From an uncultured Acidobacteriota bacterium (lineage in GTDB: Bacteria; Acidobacteriota; UBA6911), in assembly GCA_963843575.1 (NCBI GenBank), contig CAWJKZ010000021.1, positions 288,001 through 352,000 on the forward strand: a stretch of DNA of 64,000 nt, written 5' to 3'. Under the pieces are notes generated by a model. It was given only the letters and a program-made list of their open reading frames with translations, was not told where the DNA came from and made no database searches. The position numbers and the translations under genes are program-made. Below, piece after piece: positions 49,878 through 59,830 of the stretch (position 1 is its first letter; the number at the start of each line of letters is the position of its first letter).

Positions 49878-50924
49878 CTATCGGAGCGATTCCATGATCT
49901 CCTCGAGGGCGGCGCGCGAGGGGCGCACGCGGTCGGCGGTCAGCGAGGAGAGCGCTTCGTCGTGCATGTTCAGAAGCGCGGTGAAGTCGGGCTTGTCCGG
50001 GTCGACGTAGAGCAGCCCGGTCAGGAACTCTCCTTTCGAGTTGGCTTCGCGGATCAGTCGGAGCGCCCCGGGTTTGCTCCGCGCATCGTAGTCACGCTCC
50101 AGTTTCCGCAGGGTGATCCGGGAGCCGTCGTGCATCTGGACCACCTGGGTGGTGCCGGGCTCGTATTCGACGGCGATCTGTTCGTAATAGGGGACGAACC
50201 CGACCTCGTGCAGGAGTTCTTCGCTCTCCTTGGCGTGCTTGTAGCTCTTGGTGGAACCCTCGTGGTTGTTGAAGGTGACGCACGGGGAGATGACGTCGAG
50301 GAAGGTGGTGCCCCGGTGCGCGAGCGCGCCCTCGAGCAGCGGCACCAGCTGCTTCGGGTCGCCCGCGAAGGAGCGGGCGACGTAGCCGCAACCCAGCTCG
50401 ATCGCCAGGACGCAGCAGTCGATCGCGGGCAATTCGTTCAGGACGCCCGTCTTGAGGCTCGAGCCGAGGTCCGCCGTCGCGGAGAACTGCCCCTTGGTGA
50501 GGCCGTAGACGCCGTTGTTTTCCATGATGTAGATCATGGGCACGTTGCGGCGCAGCAGGTGCACGAACTGGCCCATTCCGATGGAAGCCGTGTCGCCGTC
50601 GCCGCTCACACCGATGGCGACGAGGTGGCGGTTGGCCAGCAGGGCCCCGGTGCCGATGGCGGGCATGCGCCCGTGGACGGCGTTGAAGCCGTGCGCACGG
50701 TTCAGGAAGTAAGCCGGGGTCTTCGACGAGCAGCCGATGCCCGACAGCTTGACGACCCGGTGCGGCTCAATCCCATATTCGAAGAATGCCTTGATGATCT
50801 GGCTGGTGATGGCGTCGTGGCCGCACCCGGCGCAGAGCGTGGAGTCTTTGCCCTTATAGTCCTGCAGCACCAGACCGAGTCGGTTGGTTCCCTTGGGGCG
50901 CGGGGGTTGTACGGCGGTGGACAT
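49878..50924 (-). CDS. korB: 2-oxoacid:ferredoxin oxidoreductase beta subunit
   Basis: CAGCG, SGIGCSSK, HGR, GDGD...NNGVYGLTKGQ, SPCVTFN. Confidence 0.93.
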   Translation of the reverse strand: MSTAVQPPRPKGTNRLGLVLQDYKGKDSTLCAGCGHDAITSQIIKAFFEYGIEPHRVVKLSGIGCSSKTPAYFLNRAHGFNAVHGRMPAIGTGALLANRHLVAIGVSGDGDTASIGMGQFVHLLRRNVPMIYIMENNGVYGLTKGQFSATADLGSSLKTGVLNELPAIDCCVLAIELGCGYVARSFAGDPKQLVPLLEGALAHRGTTFLDVISPCVTFNNHEGSTKSYKHAKESEELLHEVGFVPYYEQIAVEYEPGTTQVVQMHDGSRITLRKLERDYDARSKPGALRLIREANSKGEFLTGLLYVDPDKPDFTALLNMHDEALSSLTADRVRPSRAALEEIMESLR

Positions 50925-50926
50925 TT

Positions 50927-52777
50927 TTACTCCTTTTCCTGTTCGTGCGCCACGATCGAATTCGTGATCGACCGGGCATCGATCGGGATGCCGTTGAAGT
51001 GAAGGACGGAGCGGAGCTTAACCGCGGCCCCGGGGCAGTCCAGGGCGAGAATGGAAGCCATCTGGGCATCCCGGTTCTGTTCGACGACGTAGGTGCGCTT
51101 GTGGCGGGCGAGGAACTCGCCTACGGCCGGCGACAGGGGGAGCGCACGGACGCGCAGGTAGTCCGTCTCGATTCCCTGCTCGGTCCGCAGCTGGTCCCGG
51201 CACTCCCCGATGGCGTGGTGGGTGGTGCCGTAGGCGATGATGCCGACTTCGGCCGTTCCATCCCCTTCGATCAGCGGTGCGGGCGCGGCGTGGCGGGCGC
51301 CGTCCATCTTGCGCGCCAGGCGGTTCATCAGGTTGACATAGTCGTCGGTCCGCTCAGTGTATTCGGCCTGCTCGTTGTGCCCGCTCCCGCGCGTGAAGTA
51401 GGCGGCCGCCGGGTGGTCTGCCCCGGGGAGCGTGCGGTACGGGACACCGTCGCCGTCCACGTCCAGGTAGCGCGAGAAGCTGCCCAACCGGTCGAGGTCC
51501 TCCGTCGACAGCACCTTGCCCCGGTCGATAGGGATGTTATCCGGGTACTCGAACGGGTCTGACATCCAGTTGTTCATCCCGAGGTCGAGGTCGCTCAGGC
51601 AGAAGACGACGGTCTGGAATTTCTCGGCAAGGTTGAAGGCCTCCTGGGCGAACTGGAAGCATTCCTCCACGGTGGCGGGGAGGAGCAGGATGTGTTTCGT
51701 GTCGCCGTGGCTGAGGTAATAGGTCGAGAGGACGTCGCCCTGGCTCGTTCGGGTCGGAAGGCCGGTCGACGGGCCCACGCGCTGGATATCCCAAATGACG
51801 GCCGGGATCTCGGCGAAGTAGGCCAGCCCGACGAACTCGGACATCAGCGAGATGCCCGGGCCCGAGGTCGAGGTCATCGCGCGCGCCCCGGCCCAGCCCG
51901 CCCCGACGACCATGCCCACGGCGGCGAGCTCGTCTTCGGCCTGGACGATCGCAAACGTGGCTTTGCCGGTTTTCGGGTCGATCCGGTACTGTTTCATGTA
52001 GTCGATCATCTGTTCGACGAGCGACGTCGACGGGGTGATCGGGTACCACGTCACCACGGTGCAGCCGCCAAACATGGCGCCGAGCGCCGCGGCCGCATTC
52101 CCGTCCACGATGATCTTGCCCGTGGTCTGGTCCATGCGCTCGACGCGGTACCGGTCGGTTTTGACGAGATTGGCCCTGGCGTACTCCACGCCGACCCGCA
52201 CCGCCTGCACATTGATCTCGGCGGCCTTGGCCTTCGCTTTGAACTGCTTCCTGATCGCTCTTTCGACTTCGTCGACGTCGATGGACAACAACTGCGCCAT
52301 CACCCCGACATAGATCATGTTGGCCAGCAGCTTGCGGAGCCGCGCATCGGTCGTGACCTGGCCCGCCAGCTTGCCGAAGGGGACCTCGTAAAGGCTGATG
52401 TCGTCGCGGATCCCCTTGAGCCGCAGGCCCTCGTCGGCCAGCAGCGCGCCCCCCGGCTGGACGGTCATGGCATCCTCGCGGGCGGTTTGCGGGTTCATGG
52501 CAACCACGACATCGATCTCCGCCTTGCGCGCGATGTATCCGTGCCGGCTGGCCCGGATCGTGAACCAGGTGGGGAGCCCCGCGATGTTTGAGGGGAACAG
52601 GTTCTTCCCGCTGACCGGGATCCCCATCTGGAATATCGAACGCATCAGGACCATATTGGCCGACTGGCTGCCGGACCCGTTGACGGTGGCGACCTGGATG
52701 CTGAAGTCGTTGACGATGGGGGCCCGCGCGGCCGCGTCTTCGGTTTCCACGGTCGCGGCTGTGTTTGAATTATCCAA
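50927..52777 (-). CDS. korA: 2-oxoacid:ferredoxin oxidoreductase alpha subunit
   Basis: YPITP, QAEDELAA, TSTSGPG, QRVGPSTGLPT and VVEQN motifs; probable TTG start after GGAG. Confidence 0.92.
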   Translation of the reverse strand: MDNSNTAATVETEDAAARAPIVNDFSIQVATVNGSGSQSANMVLMRSIFQMGIPVSGKNLFPSNIAGLPTWFTIRASRHGYIARKAEIDVVVAMNPQTAREDAMTVQPGGALLADEGLRLKGIRDDISLYEVPFGKLAGQVTTDARLRKLLANMIYVGVMAQLLSIDVDEVERAIRKQFKAKAKAAEINVQAVRVGVEYARANLVKTDRYRVERMDQTTGKIIVDGNAAAALGAMFGGCTVVTWYPITPSTSLVEQMIDYMKQYRIDPKTGKATFAIVQAEDELAAVGMVVGAGWAGARAMTSTSGPGISLMSEFVGLAYFAEIPAVIWDIQRVGPSTGLPTRTSQGDVLSTYYLSHGDTKHILLLPATVEECFQFAQEAFNLAEKFQTVVFCLSDLDLGMNNWMSDPFEYPDNIPIDRGKVLSTEDLDRLGSFSRYLDVDGDGVPYRTLPGADHPAAAYFTRGSGHNEQAEYTERTDDYVNLMNRLARKMDGARHAAPAPLIEGDGTAEVGIIAYGTTHHAIGECRDQLRTEQGIETDYLRVRALPLSPAVGEFLARHKRTYVVEQNRDAQMASILALDCPGAAVKLRSVLHFNGIPIDARSITNSIVAHEQEKE

Positions 52778-53015
52778 GGTGTTTACGTCTCCAGTGAATG
52801 ATGCGACGACAAACGAGATCACGACCATCCCGAGAGGCGAAATTCTACCACCGATCCCGGACCGATTTTTAGGTGCAATTTGCCGGTTGGGGCCTCGCGC
52901 TTCCCTCGCTCGGAGGAAAGCGCGGCAGTCACCCGGTTGAGGCTCGGCGGTGCGGGGGTGGGCCTCCCCCTCGCTCGGGTCGGCAACGATGATAGAATAC
53001 GGCGCGGGGGGCGAC

Positions 53016-53762
53016 GTGATCGAGGTCCAGGGTCTTACCAAGGTCTATGGTTCGCTCGGCGCGGTGACGGACCTCTCGTTCGGCGTCGAGCCGGGGGAGG
53101 TGCTGGGCCTGGTCGGACCGAATGGCGCCGGCAAGACCAGCACGCTGCGGTGCATCGTCGGGATCGTCCCCCCGACGCGCGGCAACGTTCGGATTTTCGG
53201 CCACTCCATGACCGACGACCCGGTCGCTGCGAAGCGGCAGATCTCGTTCATGCCCGACGAGCCCCGGCTGTTTGACTACCTGACGGTTTTCGAGCACCTG
53301 CAGTTCACGGCGCGCATCTACCGCGTCGACGATTTCGAAAACAGGGCTGGGACGCTCCTGGAGGAGCTCGAGCTGGCCGACAGGCGCGACGCCCTTCCCG
53401 CAGAGCTGTCGCGGGGCATGAAGCAGAAGCTGGTCATCGCCTGCGGACTGCTTCACGCGCCGAAGGCGATGCTCTTCGACGAGCCGCTTACCGGGCTCGA
53501 TCCGCTCGGTATACGGCGTATGAAGTCGACCATCCTGAGGCGTGCGCGGGAGGGGGCGTCCGTCATCATCAGCTCGCATCTACTGCATCTGGTCGAGGAA
53601 TTGTGCGACCGGGTGCTCATCCTCAAGGCCGGGCGCAAGATCATTCACGGCTCCCTGGACAACATCATGCGCAGCCTCCCGGAACTGCGGGGCGACGAGA
53701 ATCTAGAGGAGATCTTCCTGCGGGTGACCGGGGACACGGGGCACGAGGCGGTGCCGCAGTGA
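53016..53762 (+). CDS. ABC transporter ATP-binding protein
   Basis: GPNGAGKTS, LSRGMKQK, FDEPLTGLDP, SSH. Confidence 0.92.
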   Translation: MIEVQGLTKVYGSLGAVTDLSFGVEPGEVLGLVGPNGAGKTSTLRCIVGIVPPTRGNVRIFGHSMTDDPVAAKRQISFMPDEPRLFDYLTVFEHLQFTARIYRVDDFENRAGTLLEELELADRRDALPAELSRGMKQKLVIACGLLHAPKAMLFDEPLTGLDPLGIRRMKSTILRRAREGASVIISSHLLHLVEELCDRVLILKAGRKIIHGSLDNIMRSLPELRGDENLEEIFLRVTGDTGHEAVPQ

Positions 53763-55501
53763 TCCGCGCCTTCTTGTTCTACCTCTACCGCACCTCCAGG
53801 AACCGGCTCGTCGTGCGGCTGAAGCGGTTGCGGCGGCCGAAGTACCTGCTGTCGGGGCTGGCCGGGCTAGCGTACGTCTACGTGGCGTTTCTGCGGCAGT
53901 TCCTGTCTGGGGCGCGCGCCCAGCCGCCTCCTCAGCTCACGCTGGACCCGAACCTGCTCGGACCCGCCGAAATCCTCGTCGCCCTCGTCCTGCTGGCTCT
54001 CGTGTTGGCGCCCTGGCTCTCCTTCGGGCGCCCCAACGCCCTCCTGTTCACGGAGGCGGAGATTCAGTTCCTGTTTCCCGCCCCCATTTCCCGTCGCGCG
54101 CTGCTGCGTTATCGCATCGCGCGCGGGCAGGTGGCGATCCTGTTCGGCGTGCTGGTCTCGATCTTGGTTTTCGCTCGGCCGCGCCTGGTGCCGCACCGGC
54201 TGTTTCTGTTTGTCACGGTCTGGGTGGTGTATTCGTTCCTCGGCCTGTACCGGATGGGGACGTCGCTCGCGAAGACCAGCCTGCTGGAGCACGGCGCGGC
54301 CGGGTTCCGGCGTCAGCTGTGGGTGGTCGCGTCGCTTCTGGCGCTCTTCGGGGCCGTCGTGGTGTGGTTGAGGTGGTTTGTGCCGGCGCCCCTGGAGATG
54401 GCGCACTCGACCCCGGCCGAGGTGCTGGCCTGGCTGCGACAGGCCGCGGAGAGCGGGCCGGCCTTCTACCTGCTGCTCCCGTTTCGCACCCTCGTCCACC
54501 CGGCCCTCGCCGCGGGAGTGGGCGAATTCCTGCTGCGCCTGGTCCCCGCGCTCGGCGTCCTGGTGCTCACCTACGCCTGGGTGCTGAACAGCCACGCCCG
54601 GTTCGAGGAGGCCGCGGTAGCCCGCGCCCAGACCGTTGCGCGTCGGATCGAGGCAGCTCGGTCCGGGGTCGTGCCGAGACGTTCGTCCAGGACCCCGTTC
54701 GTGCCATTCCGGCTGAGACCTGACGGGCCCGCGCACTCCGCCTTCCTCTGGAAAAATCTCATCTCGGTCGGGCGCGTGAACCCGTGGCGGCTGATCCTCG
54801 TGCTGTCGGCAGTGGCACTGGCGATCGGTTTTTCATCGATGAGCCGCCGGAGCCTCCTGATGATTGCGGGAGGAATGGCCTCGGGGATTGCCGCCTTCCT
54901 GACTGTGCTGGGGCCGGTGATCTTGCGCAACGACCTGAGAATGGACCTGCTGCACCTGGACGCGATCAAGACGTACCCGATCCCGGGATGGCGAGTAGTC
55001 CTGGGCGAGGTGCTGGCGCCGGCGGCACTTCTCGGCGCCGCCGAGTGGTGCCTGGTGCTGGTCGCCGCGGCGACCCTGACGGGACTGGGACAAGTAACGT
55101 GGGGGCCGTCGCAGAGGTTCTCGCTGTGCCTCGGGGCGATGACACTGCTCCCGTGTCTGAGCCTGATGGCGCTCCTGGTGCAGAACGCCGCCGCGCTGGT
55201 CGTCCCAGGCTGGGTGCAGCTCGGGCGCACGCAACAGCGCGGCATCGAGGCCATGGGTCAGCGCCTGATCACGATGGTTGCGACGATCGTGGCGCTCGCG
55301 GTCGCCGGTCTACCCGCGGGAGCCGTGTTTGCCGCCGCATACTTCCCGGGATCGTGGCTTCTGGGCTATGCCGCCATCCCCTTGGCTGCTCTTTTCGCGG
55401 GCGCGGCGCTCCTGATCGAGGCCACCGCCGTCATCGCCTGGCTCGGCCGCCTTTTCGACAATCTTGACCCGTCGGAGGAACTCTCCGAAGGCAGTCCGTG
55501 A
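53759..55501 (+). CDS. Putative ABC exporter permease
   Basis: Multi-TM ORF with FTEAEIQFLFPAP; GTGA overlap with the ATPase. Confidence 0.82.
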   Translation: MIRAFLFYLYRTSRNRLVVRLKRLRRPKYLLSGLAGLAYVYVAFLRQFLSGARAQPPPQLTLDPNLLGPAEILVALVLLALVLAPWLSFGRPNALLFTEAEIQFLFPAPISRRALLRYRIARGQVAILFGVLVSILVFARPRLVPHRLFLFVTVWVVYSFLGLYRMGTSLAKTSLLEHGAAGFRRQLWVVASLLALFGAVVVWLRWFVPAPLEMAHSTPAEVLAWLRQAAESGPAFYLLLPFRTLVHPALAAGVGEFLLRLVPALGVLVLTYAWVLNSHARFEEAAVARAQTVARRIEAARSGVVPRRSSRTPFVPFRLRPDGPAHSAFLWKNLISVGRVNPWRLILVLSAVALAIGFSSMSRRSLLMIAGGMASGIAAFLTVLGPVILRNDLRMDLLHLDAIKTYPIPGWRVVLGEVLAPAALLGAAEWCLVLVAAATLTGLGQVTWGPSQRFSLCLGAMTLLPCLSLMALLVQNAAALVVPGWVQLGRTQQRGIEAMGQRLITMVATIVALAVAGLPAGAVFAAAYFPGSWLLGYAAIPLAALFAGAALLIEATAVIAWLGRLFDNLDPSEELSEGSP

Positions 55502-55533
55502 CGAACCCAAAAACTCGCCACGAAGGACACTGA

Positions 55534-55740
55534 GTACACAGTCTCATAAGTACGCTGATGTATTTCTCAGGACGCAGAACAACACGGGTAATAGACGACA
55601 AAAAGCAAAACAGAACGCAGATTGCGCGGATCCAACGGATTCACGCGGATCGGCCGCGTCCTGTCGCCAGGTCGATCCGTGGGGATCCGCGCGCATCCGC
55701 GTCCTGAAAAATACGTCAGCGTATTTGTGAACATCAGTAC
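55534..55740. mobile_element. MITE-like element, family B (207 bp)
   Basis: About 40-bp imperfect terminal inverted repeats beginning GTAC; TGA/TAA flanks; second copy at 57426-57634. Confidence 0.8.
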
Positions 55741-55744
55741 TAAG

Positions 55745-55870
55745 GTGGCGGGCGGGCATCTGCGGCGTTGCCGCTCCTCGACGATGTCACCACAGCGCCT
55801 GCGTCGCGGCGCCTGGCATCTGCCCGCCCGGCGCTCGCGCCAAAGTGCGAACTTATTCTCGCGCGAACCC
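55745..55870. repeat. Partial copy of MITE family A
   Basis: Near-identical to 1705-1830 and ends GCGCGAACCC-TAA. Confidence 0.85.
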
Positions 55871-55977
55871 TAAGGACGGAGTCCGAGCCCGCCAGTGCGA
55901 ATCCTCCGCAGTAGAAGGATGCTACCTGCCGAATTTCGGGATTTCCGCGTCCCTCCGTGCCTGGTTCTTGGGATCGG

Positions 55978-56736
55978 TTAAGGTGCGGGGGCAAACTCCG
56001 CGACGACCGGGGCGTGGTCGCTGGTGCCGAATTGTGCGAGCACGGTACAGGCGCAGGCGCGCTCGGCCAACCCGCGGCTGGCGAGCACGTAGTCGAGGCG
56101 CCACCCGATGTTTCGCTGGCGCAGGTTACGCCACGGAGCCCACCATGTGAAGAGGTTCTCGTTCCCGGGATCGAGCGCCCGGCCGACATCGACGAGGCCC
56201 TTCGAGAGGATCCGCTCGAACAGTTCGCGCTCCTCGGGAAGTTGCCCGATGACCCCGGGTTTCCGCTCCTTCGGGTGGACGTCCATCTCGGTGCGGGCGA
56301 TGTTGATGTCTCCGCACAAGATCAGGTCCAGCCCGGCGTTGTGCGTCTCCTCGACGTAGCGTTCCATTGCTTCGAGGAAACGGATTTTGGCCGCGAAGTC
56401 CTTTCCCCCGTTCGGCACGTATACGGAACCGAGCACGAGCCTGCCGATCCGGGCGGTGACGATGCGCGTTTCGTGGTCGAACGACGGGTGCGCGAAGTCA
56501 GGCCGGTCGCCTCCCGAGACGTCCTTGCGGATGTGCAGCCCTACCCCGGAATAGGCACGCTCGCCGTGCCAGTAGCACCAGTAGTCCGGCATCTCGCACA
56601 ATGCGGCCGGCACCTGGGATACAGCTGCCTTGATCTCCTGCAGGCACAACACGTCCGGCCGGTCGCGCCCCACCCACTCGGCGAACTGGCTTTCGCGCGC
56701 CCGAATGCCGTTGACGTTCCATGTCGCGATTTTCAT
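55978..56736 (-). CDS. xth: Exodeoxyribonuclease III
   Basis: MKIATWNVNGIRAR, LCLQEIK, YVPNG, CGD.NIA, GWRLDY, SDHAPV. Confidence 0.95.
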   Translation of the reverse strand: MKIATWNVNGIRARESQFAEWVGRDRPDVLCLQEIKAAVSQVPAALCEMPDYWCYWHGERAYSGVGLHIRKDVSGGDRPDFAHPSFDHETRIVTARIGRLVLGSVYVPNGGKDFAAKIRFLEAMERYVEETHNAGLDLILCGDINIARTEMDVHPKERKPGVIGQLPEERELFERILSKGLVDVGRALDPGNENLFTWWAPWRNLRQRNIGWRLDYVLASRGLAERACACTVLAQFGTSDHAPVVAEFAPAP

Positions 56737-56928
56737 TAGCCTGCTCCCTTCGTGAAACAAACCAGTTTAGCACTCTGCGCCACGCACCCGCTTGACCCAG
56801 GTCGGTTGCAGGCCAACCTGGCCAGGGCAATTCCCTACACTTTTTCCCCGATCTGCGCCACCCCAGCTGAAACGCGACATCAACCAACTCATAAGCATCA
56901 TATTATCAATAATATACGCCTGCATGGC

Positions 56929-56944
56929 TGGAACATTGTTTGCT
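56929..56944 (+). promoter_or_regulatory. Candidate sigma-54 (-24/-12) promoter
   Basis: TGGAACATTGTTTGCT has GG-N10-GC spacing, follows an AT-rich tract and lies ~100 bp upstream of the 57047 ORF. Confidence 0.55.
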
Positions 56945-57046
56945 TTAACAATATGAAGTTCAAGAAATGGCAAGGAGGCCGGGCGTGTGCGTTGCCTGCA
57001 TTGAAGTCTCGATCCGGAGACCGCCCGGCTGAAGGAGAAGTTAGTA

Positions 57047-57421
57047 ATGCAGACAAGAGAAATCCCGCGAGATGAATGGGGTTCCTTTCTCAACGGGTTT
57101 AGCCGGCGGCACGAGCGCTGGCGGATCACCGTGGACGTGCTATCGCCGGACCTGGGTGCTCAGACAGAGGTAAAGCAGGTGCCGCTGCTGGGTATCAGTG
57201 CCGCAGCGAAATGCGGGGAGAACAAGATATCCATCATGACGGCAAACGGCCCGGGAGCCCACACCACTCACTTCATCGAAGAACCGCGCCGGCTCTGGCT
57301 GGAACAATCCGAGGAGGGTGCCGACCGCTCGATCGAAATCGAATCCGCCAACGGCATAAAAACGATCGTGCGTTTCCGCGACACGGTCGAGTCCCCAATC
57401 CCGGCCTGGTCGCCGCGGTAG
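57047..57421 (+). CDS. DUF5335-like small protein
   Basis: AGGAG RBS; TREIPR.EW..F...FSR.H....V.V...DLG.Q.E....PL.GIS pattern. Confidence 0.75.
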   Translation: MQTREIPRDEWGSFLNGFSRRHERWRITVDVLSPDLGAQTEVKQVPLLGISAAAKCGENKISIMTANGPGAHTTHFIEEPRRLWLEQSEEGADRSIEIESANGIKTIVRFRDTVESPIPAWSPR

Positions 57422-57425
57422 CTTA

Positions 57426-57634
57426 GTACACAGTCTCATAATTACGCTGACGCATTTTTCAGGACGCAGAACAACACCGGGCGATGAAAGACAAAAAGCC
57501 AAAACAGAACGCAGATTCCGCGGGGGCTACCTTGGGCACGCAGGACTTTCCGGGCCCCACCGGAGGTCGATCCGTGGGGATCCGCGCGCATCCGCGTCCT
57601 GAAAATACGTTGGCGTATTTGTGATCATCAGTAC
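57426..57634. mobile_element. MITE-like element, family B (209 bp)
   Basis: Same ends as 55534-55740; perfect TTA direct repeats at 57423-57425 and 57635-57637. Confidence 0.82.
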
Positions 57635-58600
57635 TTAGTGGGAAGCGAGATCCCGCACTTTCTCGAGACGCAGTCTGATCGACGCGGCGAGCCGGGAGCC
57701 CGGGTGCAGGCGCAGGAACTCCTCCATCTCAGCCGCGGCCGCGGAAAAGTCGCCGCGCCGCCCGTATATTTCCATCAGATGCAGCTGGGGATAGCTGTAG
57801 TGCGCGGGATCCAGGGTCTTCGCCTTTTTCAGGTGCCGGAGCGCCATTTGTTCGTCGTGCCCGTAAAGGTAGCTCAACCCGAGCTGGGCTTCGGCCATCG
57901 GATCGGCCGGGTTCTGCTCCACGGCCCGGAGGTTGACTTCCAGCGACTCGCTGAATTTCCTTTCGGAGAGCAGGACGTTCCCGAGGTTGACGAGCGGCGA
58001 ATACAGGTCGGGCTGCTGTCTCAGCGCTTCCCGGAAACAGGCCTCGGCCTGAGGGTAGTTCTGTCGGTGGAGCGCGATCGCCCCGAGGTCGTTCCAAGCA
58101 GCGGCGAACCGCGGGGCGAGTTTCAGGGCTTTCTTCAGGCACTCGACTGCCCCTTTCACGTCGCTCTTGCCCAGCAGCAGCCTCGATTTGGCGTGCTCGT
58201 CGCGCGCGCGTTGGGGCAGCGTCAATTCTCCGAGCGAGATACTTTGCGACCGTGAGGAACGCGCGTTCAGGCGGAGTTCGATCCTCACTGCGTTGGCCGT
58301 GTCGGCAAAGGGGGGGCCGATCTCCAGGGTCTTCCGCAGCAGGGGCGCTCCGGGAACGGCGGCTACGAGGGTGTAGACCCCGGGGCTGAGCCCGCCAAAT
58401 CTGAAGTCGCCGTCCTCGGCGGCCACGGTCTCCTGGGACAGCGGCGCGGCGGCCGAACTCAGGACAATCACGGGCTTGGGATTATTAAATGCCTTCCCGT
58501 CGGGCTGGAGGACCCGGCCCAGGAGGTGATAGGAGCCGGGTTCGTCGGCCACGGCAAGGTGGCAGGCAATGAAAATCAGCCACGGCAGACATCGGTACAT
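57635..58600 (-). CDS. Exported carboxypeptidase-regulatory-like domain plus TPR protein
   Basis: Signal peptide, DG.FRF..L.PG.YTL, then TPR repeats. Confidence 0.8.
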   Translation of the reverse strand: MYRCLPWLIFIACHLAVADEPGSYHLLGRVLQPDGKAFNNPKPVIVLSSAAAPLSQETVAAEDGDFRFGGLSPGVYTLVAAVPGAPLLRKTLEIGPPFADTANAVRIELRLNARSSRSQSISLGELTLPQRARDEHAKSRLLLGKSDVKGAVECLKKALKLAPRFAAAWNDLGAIALHRQNYPQAEACFREALRQQPDLYSPLVNLGNVLLSERKFSESLEVNLRAVEQNPADPMAEAQLGLSYLYGHDEQMALRHLKKAKTLDPAHYSYPQLHLMEIYGRRGDFSAAAAEMEEFLRLHPGSRLAASIRLRLEKVRDLASH

Positions 58601-58723
58601 AAGCGCCCGCCCGGCGGCGCTTGCTGGCGGCGAAGCGCCGCGGTTATTATGATTTGTGCTCGGCGAATTTGGCCTATTATAGGGTGCGGCAGTCTCGAAA
58701 AGCACGACAAATGAGGGGAAAAT

Positions 58724-59755
58724 ATGATCGGGGCCGCGATGTGGGTGTGCTGCTGGGCCCTTGTTCTGGGGTGCAACTCGATGAGCGGGAATCCCTCCGC
58801 CAATGTGGTTCCGATCGTCGTCGCCCACCGCGGGGCCTCAGGGTATGCCCCTGAGCACACGCGGGCGGCATACAGGCTCGCGATCCGGATGCGGGCGGAC
58901 TTCGTCGAACAGGACCTGCAGATGACAAGCGACGGCGTGCTGATCTGTTCGCACGACGCCGAACTCAGCCGGACTACCGACATTACAAGCCGTTTCCCGG
59001 AGCGGGCGACCTCGCGCGACCCGGAGCGCTCGGGTGCGGCCCGGCGCGGCTGGTATGCGGTCGACTTCACCCTCGCCGAACTGAAGACCCTCGATGCGGG
59101 CTCCTGGTACAACAGGGCGAACCCCTTTTCAGCGCGGCCCGAGTACGGCGGGCAGCGCATCCAGACGCTCGACGAGGCGATCGAGGAGGTGCAGGGGCAT
59201 GCCGGGCTTTACATCGAGACCAAGCACGTGGATTTCTACCTCGGGCTGGGCCACGACATGGTCGCCAAGCTCGCCCAGACCCTCGCGGCCCACGGGCTGG
59301 ATGGATCCGACGCGTCGGGCACCCCCGTTCTCATCCAGTCGTTCACGAAATCGAGCTTGCGCCGCATGGCGCAACTCGCCCCGCGGTACCGGCGCGTTCA
59401 GCTGTTGCCGATGGAGGATGTCGGCCGGGAGGATACGCGCCGTATCACCCCTGAACTCGCCGCCGAAATCGCGGCCTACGCCTACGGTGCCGGACCCGAC
59501 AAGGCGATGCTGGGCCGGCGGTCCGACGTGGAGGCGCTGCACGGGGCCGGTCTGAAGATTCACCCTTACACTTTCCGTGGCAGCACGACGGCGGTGGTCC
59601 GCAAGCCCCTGGATCAGGTCGAGGAAAACGGCGCGACGGTGCGCCGGAACCTCGTCGACGAGATCCGGCGCTACGTAGATATGGGGATCGACGGCGGATT
59701 TTGCGACTACCCCGATGTTTGGAGGGAAGCGGTGCGCCTCGGCCAGCCGGATTGA
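58724..59755 (+). CDS. Glycerophosphodiester phosphodiesterase
   Basis: AHRGASGYAPEHT, EQDLQMTSDG...HD, IETK, IQSF, HPYT. Confidence 0.92.
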   Translation: MIGAAMWVCCWALVLGCNSMSGNPSANVVPIVVAHRGASGYAPEHTRAAYRLAIRMRADFVEQDLQMTSDGVLICSHDAELSRTTDITSRFPERATSRDPERSGAARRGWYAVDFTLAELKTLDAGSWYNRANPFSARPEYGGQRIQTLDEAIEEVQGHAGLYIETKHVDFYLGLGHDMVAKLAQTLAAHGLDGSDASGTPVLIQSFTKSSLRRMAQLAPRYRRVQLLPMEDVGREDTRRITPELAAEIAAYAYGAGPDKAMLGRRSDVEALHGAGLKIHPYTFRGSTTAVVRKPLDQVEENGATVRRNLVDEIRRYVDMGIDGGFCDYPDVWREAVRLGQPD

Positions 59756-59830
59756 GCTGCGGGTCCTTCCGCCGGCGATGTCTCTGCCGGATCGGTACTG
59801 ATTTTGCATCCAACAAAGGAGAAGAAGAGA

